From contig JAYWIR010000005.1 of assembly GCA_036172245.1 (NCBI GenBank), positions 2,480,001 through 2,544,000 of the forward strand: DNA of 64,000 nucleotides. The letters are read 5' to 3'. Positions 36,730 through 49,833 of this stretch are shown here, piece after piece. Below the pieces are notes generated by a model. That model saw nothing but the letters and a program-made list of their open reading frames with translations, searched no databases and had not been told where the DNA came from. The first letter of the stretch is position 1; each line of letters begins with the position of its first letter. The position numbers were made by a program, and so were the translations under genes. This DNA is from Raillietiella orientalis. Taxonomy: Eukaryota.

Positions 36730-39445
36730 TTTTTCACCCGTGAAAGCCGGGGCTTTTATTACTAAAATTTTTGAGTACAAAAATTCCATAATAAAGTCTC
36801 AATTTTTCTCAATTAAAGTTTTTCCTTCTTCGCTTTGTTTTTCAGTCGGGACATATGGCCCGACTGTCTTGAGGCACTTGTCCTTACCGACCCGCAGGCC
36901 GATAAGGTCCTCCACACTGACGAAAGGGCGGGAAAAACAAAAATAAAACAAAAAATAAAACGCCTGGGGGGTAATGTTCTTTCGGAGGGGGAGAAGGGAA
37001 GGGATCACGGTACGCCGTGAGGAGGCCTCTGCATCGGTCACGGATGCGGACGAGTGCCTGTAAATGTTTTCGAAGTCGGCGCCAACGGCAGACCTTCTCT
37101 AAGGAGATGGCTGCCCAGTGGATGGCATTCCGACTGGTATGGCCTCTCCTTGACGCGGTCCACTTGTCCAGTATTCCGCGTATGCAACAAAGCACTGCTA
37201 CACACCCGGAGGCTGGCAAGGCGTACCGCATCAGGAGGCGTCTAAGAATGTTCTTGGGATCGCCCCCTGGAATGTTCAAGATCGACGACAGTCGGTCCCA
37301 TATCTCTTGAAAGGCAACGCACTCTAGGATCAAGTGAGGGAAGGTCTCTCTTTTCCCACAGTCTGTACAATTAGCATCCACACTCCCCGATGTCCAGTGA
37401 GACAGGGGCGCTCTGCTTAAAAGTCCCCAATGGAGCAGAAGCAACGCCGTCTCCTGCCACTGCAGGGGAAGGGTGCTGTTGTCCCATGACGCTGGGGGCC
37501 ACTTCACCTCCTCCGGAGGTATACCAAGCAGCGCGCCCCAGCGTAAAAGTCCGTTCGGCGGGACACTCGGGGTACTAGCGTCCGCTAGTTCCCTCGGCGT
37601 CCACGCCTTCAGTGATTTTTTCCTGCCTCCGATGAGGCAGGACGTTCTCCAGGTACAGCGATGTCGGCGGGCGTTGCAGGGGTCCCCAATGCAGCAGCAG
37701 CGACTCCAAGTCCTGCCATTTTAAGAGAAGGGTGGAGGTGTTTATCAGCACCCAGGGCCACTTCAGTTGCTCCAGCGGAACTTCTAGTACCTTGCCTCAG
37801 CGCAAAATTCCAATAAAGGTGGTGACCCGGGGCGCAGTATTGCAAAGAATCATCGTTTTCCATTCCTCGATCTTTTTTTCTGTGCCGGAGATTAGCGCGA
37901 CGACTTTCCATGCGGCCGCAGCGTTGCTGTACGGATGGACCGCGAGGGAAAACAGCAATGCAGCGAGGGGAGTTTTCCGTGCCCACGCTCATTTTGCGTG
38001 GTTCTCCAGGATCTCCCGGAGGGTGTGACGTCGTTACGCGCAAACAATTGTCTTTGATTTTGATGGGTGCGTTGCTCGTTGCTCCACGCCTACGTGTGAA
38101 CGGTTTCCTGCAGTCATGCAGACCTGTTAACGGACTGACAGAAGAGCGATTCCGCGTTCATCCTCATCAAATTTGCAACACTCCGCAGCTGCAAACCGCA
38201 GAATGCGACTTGGCGGCGACGACGGAGCGCAAGGAAGGATGAGAGTTCCTTCTTCCCGTTGGTCAGTCTGACGAGGAGACGTGCAGGCTCGCACCAGATA
38301 CTGCTCCGATTCCTCGCCACTAGGGCGAGTAACCGAAACTGGAGCTGCTGCTTCAGTCGCTCCAGCGTTCAGGAGGCCGAGACTGCCGTCCCGTCACGAA
38401 GCACTCAAGTCCACAAGCCCTCCCCCTTCCATACAGGGTAATGCTAAGGACAACCTTTATCCACTTTCTTGTCTCTTCAGTAAGGGGGCGAACAAAAAGT
38501 AGGGAACGGAGAAGGGAGGTTGCGAACGCGGTCCTCACCGCGGCCCGTTCCGGCAGGAAAAACCTGCGGTCTTGGAACGGGCCGATCGCCGTCTCTGCCA
38601 TCTAAAGGCAGCTTAATCACGCATTCGCAGGGAAGTAGTCCCCCAGCCGTACACCTAGGTACTTGAAGTACCGTACCGTCGGGATCACGAAACGGACCCA
38701 GTACGGCTGCCCTGCCCGCACAGCGCCGACTGACCTTACGGATGACTTCGTCCTGTTCACCGTAAACCCGTTTCCCCGACTTAGCAGGTCGAAGAACTTT
38801 TCGACTGCCGATGGCGGGGTGGACATGAGGAGCAGTAGCAGAAAGTCGGGCGCGTATGCATAAACCGCAGACGTTCCGGCACAGTCGCGCGGCAGGTGCG
38901 CAAGAGTTTCCATGTACGCTCTCAGTACCAACTCGAAGTAGATACTGAAGAGCAAGGGACTCAGGCTCCCTCCCTGCCGTATGCCACGTTGCGCTGACAC
39001 GCAGTGCACGGTGTGTCCACTGATGGAGATATGAAATAGCGCTTCGAGCCAGCGGGATCGTAGGAAGGTCAGCAAAGAGACAAACAAGCCCAAGCGTTTC
39101 GGGAGCTCCAGTAAAAGCGTCTGGTCGACACATCGAATGCTTTATGCAAATCTAACCCGACCGCGAGGACTCCCTCCCCCTCCCAACCACCCCGTTCATT
39201 AGCGGCGGACATTTTGGAAGTCCGGTTGCCCGTTCTGACCCTTTTCTGTTGGAGCGCGAAAAAGGTGCTGGCGAGGAACAGATTGGCGTCCATACTTAGC
39301 CTGGAAGCAGCATATGTCTGCTCCGGCCTGATGAAGCTTTCCGCCAACTACCCCAGGCTTCCAGCCTACAACTTCGCCAGCTACATGGCGTACGCGTTTA
39401 TCACGCTAATCCGCCGCCAGCTGCTCATGAACCGAAGGTCTTCCC
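36730..39445 (-). mobile_element. Tx1-like element E7 (RT to 3'UTR)
   Basis: DLHKAFD, RQGGSLSP, KYLG, CTDCGKRETFPHLILEC, 3'UTR. Confidence 0.9.
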
Positions 39446-41046
39446 CTGGTGCAGGAGAGCAGAGGCCAGTATCCGCCACAGTCCTTCGAGGACACCGTAG
39501 TCCAATAGCAGATGGGGGAGCGTGAACACTTACCCTCGCCGCTTACAGTTCGGGGAGACATCTCCCCCGAAAACAAGGTTCGTCCACTGGTTGGATCCAA
39601 ATGCACCAGCGTAATGACGGTTCGTTTCCAGTTTAGAGGGAACACAGAAGTGTTCAGACACGAGCAAGGGACCACAAGTTCTGCGGGGTGCACATTCAAG
39701 TGTTCACTCCACCGAAGGAGTCCCTTCGAGATGTGGCGAGGCGTTGCGGCGTCTGCCAGCTCACAAGTCCTACAGCCCCGCCAATGGGTCGTGTTGGTGC
39801 CGCTATGGTGCAGGCGACCCCCCATCTCGCCGGTTGGCGGCTCTCATCTCTTGCCCTGAGGGCTGGAAGCGCGTCGGCGAGGAGAGTGACGGCCAGGCGG
39901 GTCCACTTCTCCTGGCTGCTGCAGACCTCATCCACCGTGCAGTACGGGGAGAGGTGAACGCAACGGAGTTCCAGGAGGGAGACATCCTGTTGCTTTGCCA
40001 AAGCATGCAACGGTTCCTGCCGCCAGGCTTTACAGTTCGTTGGGCGCCAGGAGATTAATTCCTGGGATGCCACGAGTCGGTATAGCTGTTTCATCGGGAA
40101 ACCGAAGCTTCTCGTTGCGCGCTCGGTATACGGCCGCAGCGACAGAAGTCCATCGCTGCCGGTGCAGAGCCGCAGGAGCAGACGCGTAAGAGCGCACCAC
40201 GGAGTGCACCAAAGGCTGGAGAAAAGAGCCAACATTCGGAGCTGCACCTGAAACTCGATTCTCTCCAGCGTCAGGATGCCTAAGCCGGCATCCCGACGCG
40301 GAATTGCCAAGTCTTTAATGCGGATACTGGAAATCGAAGGACCACACAGAGCGTTCCTCAGCAGGCTGTGCGCCTGGAGCTTGACCGAGTTGGAGGGTGG
40401 GCGAAGAAAAATCAGGGGGCGCAAGAGGGGCAACGAAGTTGTTCCATATCGCGGCCCGCTCCGACAGGAGGAACCTTCAATAGTGGAACGGGCTGAGAGC
40501 ATTCGTGGCCTTCCGAAGGCAGTCCGACCACACTTCTACTGAGCTGATGTTCCCCAGCGGAACGCCCAAGTAATGGAAGGACGAAGCGGTCGGGATCCCT
40601 AGGCCGATCCATTCGGACTGCTTCTCCCACGGCACACCAAAAGCAACGGCCATGCACTTATTCCAGTTTACACTCATGCCCGCTCCCAGGCGAATCAGCT
40701 CGAAGAAATCCTCGAGACAGGACCCCGGGTAGATCATGGGTAAAAGGAGAAGCAGGTCATCAGATTAGGCCGCCACGGACGGCGTTCCTGACCAAGAGCT
40801 CGGCAGGTTGGCCAGCGTCAGTTTGTACGCCCTCAACATCAACTCAAAAAAGTTGCTAAAGAGTAGCGGACGTAAGCTGTCGCCCTGCCTGATGCTCCGC
40901 CGCTCCGGCACGCCGTACACATGGCAGCTGCTGAAGTAGTTCGAAAGCAGCGCGTGGCGCAAATACGCCACGAGGTGCACCGGGTGACCACGTCTCTTCG
41001 GGAGCTCTATAAGGAGCTGCTGATTCACGCAGTAAAACGACTTATG
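39446..41046 (-). mobile_element. Tx1-like element D2 (RT to Zn finger); its upstream part resumes at 63954-64000
   Basis: HKSFYCVNQQLL, RQGDSL, HYLG. Homologous to D1. Confidence 0.85.
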
Positions 41047-41684
41047 CGCTCGAAAGCGGACGTGTTTTCTCGGTGCTCCTCGTGCCAGGAAGTCTCCTCT
41101 AATGCTAGCGTCGTGTAATTCGGTGGTTGAACAGGCAGCGATGCCTGACGCGACCACCAGGGATGGACAGGGGGCGGTGGCAACGTCGCCCCCAAAGGCG
41201 ATGAAGGTGGGGGCATCCGCCCTCACAGAATCGGTCCCCGCTGCAGCACGGGCGTCGAGCGCCGTTGTGTCGGCGCCATTGCCTGCAGCCGCGGCGGAAT
41301 CAACCTATGTGGAGGAGGGGTATTACCCCTCATTGTTCTACAAGGTAGGCAATCTATATTCTTTAGAGAGCGCGCGCGCCTTCACGAAGGGGATGCGCTC
41401 TCTCGATGTGAAAGAGGAGGAGCTCAGCTCTATGACCATCCGCAGCAGGGGTCAGTACGTTGACGTCATCTGCAAACAAGCAGAGCTGGCCCAGCGACTG
41501 CTTCAAACCCCCTTGGTGATGGGGACGCGCAGGCTTCTCCCCATTACGGCGGACCGCAGCATGGAGGTCTACCTATTAGGCGTGACCACGCGGATGCGGA
41601 AGAAATAGGTTCGCGCCGCGTTGGAGGAAGACGGTACGGTCCACGCGCAGTGGACGAAAGTTAGTCCTTTTGAAGACAACACGC

Positions 41685-41779
41685 GGCTGCATCAGGGCCT
41701 TACGGCTGCACGCTTGACCGTTTGGGAGGGCTGCATCAGGGCCTTACGGCTGCACGCTTGACCGTTCGGGAGGGCTGCA
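41685..41779 (+). repeat. 44-bp tandem duplication in F ORF1
   Basis: Unit ggctgcatcagggccttacggctgcacgcttgaccgtt(t/c)gggag occurs twice, bounded by ggctgca microhomology. Confidence 0.9.
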
Positions 41780-44761
41780 CTCTTCCCCACAAAATGGTGG
41801 TCGATGGCGAAACCGTCGACCTAAGGTATGTGGGGAAACCGAAACACTGGGGCTTCTGCAATACGTGAGGCCAACTTAAAAATAGGTGTCCCAACGTGCA
41901 GTGCCACGAATGTGGCACAATGGGTTACATGAGGGATGTGTGACCAAAAGCAGTGCGGGTTGTTTCCAAGAGAAACCTTACAAAACGCGCTCGGCTGCTG
42001 CAGGAAAGGCTGGCGGCGAAAGCTGCCGCGAAAAATGTGCCACTTGCCCCTAAGACCGAGGCCGCAAACGAGATCTAGGAGAACAACGCCGAAGTAGTCG
42101 AGAAATCCTGCCAGGAGCCTGGGTGGCAGGTTACAACCGCCAAAAAGAGCAAAAAGGAGAGAAGATTGGAGAAAACACTCGCGTACCGCCAGAAAAAACA
42201 GCAGGCAAGCAAGCAGATTAAGGAATGCAGAGTTGTCGTTTATTACCCGGTTGCGGATGACGTTTATTGATAATATATTCTGGGAACTGTGTTTCCAGGC
42301 AATGGGAACAGAAGATTGTGAGTAGATTTCCCGGAACACATGCCGGGCACACTGAGAGTTCGGAACAAGAGGGTAGGGGACAATAAATAAATAAATTAGG
42401 TGGAAGGGCGGGGAAAGGGGTAGGCAGTTTAACCATTCCTATTTTTGGAAAAGGCGGTAAATGCCGCCGATCTGCGTCCTCACTTCTGCTCCCAAGTTTC
42501 GCCACCCGGCAGCCATTTGCAGGTTGCAGACTGCGATGTCGGGGACCGATGTTGGGACTGCTCGCATCTGCAATACGTGGCGGGCCCTGAAATTGACGCG
42601 GACGCAGCAGATGATTGCGACGACCGCTCCAAGAGAAAGACCGACACGCGTATAGAAGCGGCGCATCCAATCCAGTGGGGTGTCTACAAGGTGCAGAAGC
42701 GCTTAAGACAGCCGCTGCCACAGCTCCTGGAGGGCACCGCACTCAAACAACAAATGCGGAAGCGATTCCACCGCTCCGCATTTGGCACAGTTCGAGGACG
42801 CAACTCCCCCGGAAATCAGGTGCGCTTGCTGCTTGCAGTACAAACACCAATGCACCAGCAGAAAAGCGTCCTGTTTCCACCGAAGGGGAAAGAGAGTCGC
42901 GTCCAAACACGCAGAAGGGACCACAAGTTCATCGGTGGGTACCCCGAGGAGCTAACTCCACCGGAGAAGTCCCTTGGCACGAAGGCGAGGTGTGGCAGCG
43001 TCTGGCACTTCGCAAGTCCGCTAGCCTCCCAGCAGTCGGGTTTGGCCTGCGATTTCGCAAGCGATCTCCCACCTCGCCAGCAGGTCACTGTCGTCTCGCA
43101 CCATCAGTGCACACAGTGCTTCGGCGAGTGGCGTAGCGGCTAGGCGTGTCCACTGGTCCTGGTCTTCCAGCACCCCCCCCACTGGACAGTATGAGGAAAG
43201 GTTCACGCAACGGAGTTCCAAACGGGACACATCCTGTTGCTCTGCCCAGGACGATAAGGCTTCCTGCCTACAGGCGTTGAACTTCGTCGGCCGGCAGGAG
43301 AACCACACATGCTTCCCCAGAAGCGTGGCGAGCTGCTTCAAAGGGAAGCCGGATCCTCTCTGGGCGCGCTTCGTGCGCAGATGCAACGAACGTAGTCCGT
43401 CGCCATCCGTGCAGCGCCGCAGCAGCAGCCGCGCTGGAGTACACCAGGGAGTGGTCCAGAGCTGCGCACAAAGTGCCAGCATGCGGAACTGCACTAGCAG
43501 TCCGATCCGCTCCAGCGTCAGGATGCCCAATACTGCATCCCGCCGAGGAGCCTCCAAGTCCTTCAGGCGTATCCTGGATCTCGCCCGTCCCCACAGGGCA
43601 ACAGGCGTTGCGCCCGGCGCTAAGCCGAGTAGGGAGGGGGACAAACAAAAAAGAGGGGACGGAGGAGGGGGACAACGAAAATGTTCCACACGAAGGCCCG
43701 TTCCTACAGGAGAAACCTGCCGCCTTGGAACGGGCCAAAAGCAGTCTCGGCCTTGTGAAGGCAGTCCGACCACGCTTCTGCTGGACAGAAGGCGCCCAAG
43801 GGAACGCCGAGGTACTTCAAGCACCTGCCCGTGGGATCCCCAGGCGGATCCAGTAGGACTGCCCCTCCCACGTACAGCCAAGCGGTACAACGGTTGATTT
43901 CGTCCTGTTGACGCTCAGGCCCGCTGCCCGACGAATGAGGTCGAAGAAGTCCTTGAGCCTGGACGCCGGGGTGGACATGGGCAGCAGCAGGAAAAGGTCG
44001 TCAGCATAGGCGGCCACGGCCGGTGTTTCCGGGCAGGAGCTCGGCAGATTGGCCAGCGTCAGCCTGTACGCCCTCAGCACCAACTCAAAGAAGATGCTGA
44101 AGAGCAGGGGGCTTAAGCTGTCTTCCTGCCTCATACCCCGCCGTATGGGAATGCCGTACACGTGGCGCCCGCTGAAAGAGATACAGCATAACGCGTGGCG
44201 CCAGCAGGAGCGCAAGTAGGCGATGAAGTGCGTCGGGAGGCCCAGGCGTTCCAGAAGCTCCAGAAGGAGGTCCTGGTTTACGCTGTCGAACGCTTTGCAG
44301 AGATCGACGGCTACCGCTAAGGCTCCCGGCATTCCATCATGCCTTGAACACCGCCGCTTACCTTTGGCAGCGGCGATTTTGGCTGCCTAGCTCTGCTGCG
44401 CCACGCGCTGCTGCAACTCGAACCATGTTTGCGCGAAGAAGAGATTCGCGTTCATGGACCGCCCCGGAACAGCATACGTCTGCTCCGGACTTACCAAGGA
44501 CTCCGCGATTCTCCCCAGGCGCGCGACCCATAGCTTGGAGAACAACTTGACGTCCGAATTCACCAAGGTGATCGGACGCCAGCTGCTGAGGTGGCGCAAA
44601 TCACCGCCTTTCGTCAGGAGCCGCACCTTTTCTGAGCGGAAAGAAGCGGGAACATCTCCCGTCTCAAGCATCAGCGACGGTCGCGTACGGACGTGCTTTT
44701 GCGTCGCTCCGCGGTAGATTTTCTCTTGTGTGTTTTTGTTCTGCTGTGCTTCTGTGCTGCA

Positions 44762-46167
44762 ATGGGAGCAAAGAAGAACATCAGCCGCAAGAAGGGAACG
44801 CCACCTACTCCTGAGATTGCTGCTTCGGCTGCTAGCAAGGAGCCTCTGTCCTCGGCGACGGCGAGTACATTCGCCCAGGTCGCTGCCCTCGCGGCTACGA
44901 TGGGACCTTCGCCCGATAGCCCTGAGCTTCAGGCGTATGTAGCAAATGGCTACACGCCTGCACTCAGGTATAAGATAAGTGTCCTTATGCCTGAGCGGGT
45001 TGGGAGCGAGTTTGGCCACGAACTCCAACGGATTGGAGTTCAAAAAGGCCAACTGGAGTCCATCATGCCCATGAGTGGGTGCAGCTACTGGGAGGTGTCC
45101 AGTAAGGACGTTCTCCTCACGCAGCGTTTGCTGCACACGGCGCTGCTCATTCGTGGGCAGGAAATACTCCCTGTCACAACGGACCAGTCGTTCGTTGTCC
45201 GGCTATGTGGAGTGTGTAAGGGCCTTTCGGACCTCCAGGTCGTGGAGGCCCTTGAAAAATTCGCTACCGTCCACGCGCTTTCGAGGCTGCCAAACCCAGC
45301 TGAAGGGTTCGAAGACCACCACAGCGGGCTCGCGCAAGTGCGAGTGACGATGACGGATCGCCGTGCAATGCCCACGCGACTGCAGGTAGATGGAATGACC
45401 GCCCGCCTGTGGTTTGCCGGGCAAACGCGTGTATGCGCGGAATGCGGGCAGGAGGGTTACCGCATTACGAAGTGTCCCTCGGCCGCTTGCCGTTACTGCC
45501 ACGAGCACGGGCACACTAAAGGAATGTGCCCGGAGCTCCTTTCAAAAAACGAAAAGCGCAGGAACGAATCGCGTTCCGCATCGCGGAATAATCGCCGCGA
45601 ATCGAGAGAAAGAAACATCAAAGCTTCGAAAAGCGTTGCAAAAACCGCGACCACGCACGTGCAGAAAACTGTTTCTCGCCCCCACAAAGAAGGGGTGAAA
45701 AACACAAAAAAAATCGTCGCGGCAAAGCCTCCGGCTATCGACCCGAAGGAAGCTCGCGAAAAATGCGACCTTTCTACGAGACTTCGCAGCCAATTGTTGA
45801 ATGCAGGAGACATTGTGCCGAAGGTCAAAGAGCCTCGTACTGTCGGCATCACGACCGCAAAGCCACCTACCAAGGCCTCGACGAGCGGCGCGGAATGCGG
45901 TCGTTCGCCCGATACGGGAAAAACGCGCCCGCGGGCAAAGAACACCGCGCCGTCTGAAGCTACCGCGGCCAAGGTGCCCCAGGAGCCGAGTGCCGCGAAG
46001 AAACAGCCGGCAAACCCACAGTCCTCGCGCGCGTATGCAGCGCCTACTGCGGCCAAGGAAGAAACTGCTAGGGTTAGCACAACCGCTACAGCAGTGCCCC
46101 CAACGGTCGCAAAGGCAACGCGCGAACCCTCCGATCTGGAAGAGGCAGCGCCTCTCGCGATCGCTAA
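44762..46167 (+). pseudogene. G ORF1 N-terminal part (gag-like, zinc knuckles); continues at 51889-52564
   Basis: CAECGQEGYRITKC and CRYCHEHGHTKGMC. Interrupted by C2. Confidence 0.85.
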
Positions 46168-46349
46168 GTTTCCCCAAGTCCCACAAGGGGTGGGGTAAGT
46201 TTATTTTTCTATAAAAATACAATATTACATTCGCACTCTCATTCACTCAATACAAACATTTTGCACTTGGGGGTTCCTGGGTTGCACTAGAGTTCTGCTT
46301 CTCAGGGGGGAATAACAGCTGGATGGTCCCGGGCGTCGTCCTGGATCCT

Positions 46350-49300
46350 CTACAGGATGAATCGGTACGCCCAGGCGTGGATCTTCCCGCAGTTCCTGAT
46401 GCCGATTTCCCTCTTCAAGAGCCCTTGTAGGATCTCCATCGGTGGTGCGGCTCTCCTGGCTTTCCTCATTTTCCACCACCGCACAAGAATGGCAGTGATG
46501 AAGAGGGCTATGGTCGTCCTCACCATGGGATTGTAACAGGGAACATTGCCATCCCCATGAAACATCCCGGCGAGGATCAACATAACGGACTTGTTGGTAA
46601 GTCCTATAATCCTTTTCAGGATCAGCCAGTCATGCAGCAGTGTGGGACACGTCAAGACGTGAAGTCTCGTGTCGTCGTCTCCACATGCTGCGCAGTCTCG
46701 GTCTTCCCGTCTTCCTGTGAAGTGCTGCAATCAGGACCCACTCTGGATTCCTCCGTGATAAAACATCAGGAGGTCATCCTGGGTGCCCGGCGGAAGGTCA
46801 CTCCTCCAGAGAGTCGTGCCGATCGCTAACAGGTTGAACCGTTCACTCCTGTAGCGTTCGGTGGATTCCTGGAGGGCACTGGTATCACGGTCGTTTTCTT
46901 GGATAAGCCTTCGGAGGTTTGTTCTGGTTACCCTCGACAATGCGAAGTCGTTGTGGTTGAACCACACTTCGCGGGTCCTGTGGATAAACCTTCCTCACAT
47001 CATCTCTGTATACCGAAGTATACGATTTTGATGTAGGTAGCCTCCTCGCCTCCACTCCTGGATTTGCAGTAGGGTAACACTGGACCGCTGGTAGATCCAG
47101 CTTCTCGTGTCCGGCGGGACAGGATGCAACCAAGGGATCACCAGGATGGACTCGTCCTGCCAGAGTTCCCTGCTTCGCGGCACGATCTTGATTTGGTGCT
47201 TCCGCACCAGCCGTTGCTTCCTCCTCCAGGTCGGGTCGAGTGTTATTCATTCCCCTACTTTGCCTAGCAGCGCAGTCATCAGGCCTTTCGAGTTGTTAAG
47301 CAACAACGCGTAGGCCCGGTGCGCCGCATACGGCCAGTCATCCCAGTAAGTGGCCATGTCCAGGATGTGTCGCGTATCCATGATTTCCATGGAATGTGGA
47401 AGCGACTTCATCCCGGAACCGCCTTCTTCCCTGGGACGACACAGGGGTTTCAGTCTTACTCTTGGGCGATAGTGGCCCCAGAGTGTTTTTCTTTGCAGCT
47501 TGTCGAACTCCCTAGTAGTGTCCTTGTTCATCCTCGCGAAGGCCGCCCCTAAAAGCACTTTCGGAAGGAGTACTCCGTTCCATATGTTGGCCTTTCGCTT
47601 CATCCCAAGGTCCGTTCGGGTGTACTTGGCTGCTTCTGTCGCCGTTTTTCCCAGGATTTCCTTCCACAGCAGCTTCGACGCAGAGTCGTTGCCGATGTAG
47701 ACTCCCAGGTACTTGGCCGTGTCCACCGTACGGAATCCACTACCCGTTAGAGTGGAGAGGTTCAGGATTCCGACGGGCAAAAGCTGGCTCTTCTGGGAAT
47801 TGATTTTTAAGCCCAAGCCCTGTTCCATCAGGTCCACCACATCCAGAAACGCACGCTGATTTTTCTCTCCTTTGATGAAGATGAGTAGATCATCAGCGTA
47901 TGCCAGATGGGTAAGACGCTAACCATCGATGGTAATTCCGCTTAGTCGTCCGCTCTTCTCGATAAAGGACGACAACGCCTCCATATAGATGACAAACAGC
48001 ATCGGACTTAGCGAGTCGCCCTGTCGGACTCCTCTTTCCATCCTGATTGCTGCCGTCTCCTGGCCGTTGATCTTGATCCGGCAGTACTGGTTCTGAAGTA
48101 CCGCCCTCACGAAGTTGCTGAAGTGTTCCGGAAGCCCTAGCTTCTCCAGAACCTTCAGCAGCATCCCGTGGTCGATGGAGTGGAAGGCCTTCTCCATGTC
48201 AGTGAACACCAGCACCAGGTTCTCGCCGACGTATCGACTGAGTCCAACAGTGGCCTGGGCACACTTGACATTGTCCGACATGTGTCGTCCTGGGACTGTA
48301 CATGTCTGGACCGGAGAGATCAGCCTCGACATGACCTTGCCTAAGCGGTTGGACCAGATCTTCGCCAACCACTTGGCATCGGAGTTTAGAATCGAGATTG
48401 GCCTCCATTGGGCGATCTGGGTAGAGTCGCCTCCTTTCGGCAGCAATCTCATCCGACTCTCGTGAAAGGACTGAGGTAGTCTGCCTTCTTCCCGGATGCA
48501 GAGGGTCAACTGGTGGAACAAGCGCAGGTAGGCGTGCAGGTACCGCTGATAGTGCGTGATGGGTACACTCTCAGGGCCCGCTGCCACGTCCTTGCGAAGT
48601 TGCCCAAACGCAGTCTTCACCTCTTCTTCGGAGAACTCCTCCTCCAGTCTGTTCCGCTGGAGTTCGTCGGTCCTCTTCTCGAGATAGCTCAAGAAGGCCT
48701 GTTGACTAGAGCGACACAGCTGTTGTCGCCTGAAGTGTTTCGTGTAATGCCTGTGAAAGGCATCCACGATGTCCTCAGACGGCTGTCGCTTTTGGCCGTC
48801 GTACTGGATGCAGAAGATATCTGCTGCCTGATTTCTCTTCTCCAGCACGCCGACTTCTCCTTTTATGTTATTGAGGACGTACTGACTCTCGTACTGATCG
48901 AAGTACTTTGAGAGGGAGCGATCTTGGATGTTCAGCTCCCGGTACGCCTCTTACCTCAAGCGCCTATCCCCGAACTGCATGTTCGCAAACAGGTGTATCC
49001 TGTGTTTCAGTCTGTCCCAGTCGGCGACTCTTCGGATTGTTGTTGCGCTCAGAATCGCCTCCAGGACAGCCGGATGTCCGGGATGGGTAGCGAACCAGGC
49101 GGGCATGCAGATGAGCGCCGCCCTGGTGCCTTGCCTCCGCCGAGGATTCTCCGTTCTTAGGGAAAACCGCACCAGGGGGTGATCGGACACCGTAGTCATA
49201 GTGTCGCGAAACCCCTGGAAGCGGTTCCCAAGTTCCGTGCTGTGCAGGACGTCATCGATCGTCTTCTGGCTTGCTGTTCGCCAGACCAGTCCGAACTCGT

Positions 49301-49820
49301 CGGATAGCCGTCGATACGCCGTCCTTCCTCTGGCGTCTTCTGAATGAATGATCTCATCCAAGATGTTGAGATCGCCAGCAACAATCACGACGTCCTTGGA
49401 AGCAACCTTTCCACGGAGTGCTGCATGCAGCGCCTCCGCACAACGATGTTTTAGACTGTGCGGCCCGTACACGTTCACCAGGATAAGGTGAACAGTTGCG
49501 GACCAGGCCAGTCGCACGCCGATGGTTCGTCCGGGTTGAAGACAAAACACTCCCAGAATAGTGGGGACCAAGTGGTTCTTTATTAGCACCGCCACACCCT
49601 TCGTGTTCCGTTCTGCTTCGCTGACGAACATCTGCCCGTTGAATTGCCGTTCCATTCGCTGGCTGATCTCCAGACCCATCCTGTGGGTCTCCTGCAGGCA
49701 CACGATGTCTTGTTGTGCGATGGTCCGCACAATCCTTCTTCTTTTTCCCTGGTCGACCACACCGTTTACGTTCCAGGAGGCGATGTTCAGCCTCCTGGCG
49801 GTCGATAGGGTAAAGGTCAT
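46350..49820 (-). pseudogene. C2 ORF2 (APE, RT, Zn finger) with a few stops and frameshifts
   Basis: SWNVNG, LQETH, NVYGP, GDLN, SDHP, QWRPIS, DMEKAF, RQGDSLSP, AYADD, KYLG, CAACGDDDTRLHVLTC. Confidence 0.9.
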
Positions 49821-49833
49821 AAAAGGGGAAGAC

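Noticed and set aside
48900..48956. AG|GTAAGA splice donor removing the family-C stop
   Set aside because: The nearby candidate acceptors checked are out of phase, and the downstream peptide is conserved as coding between C1 and C2.
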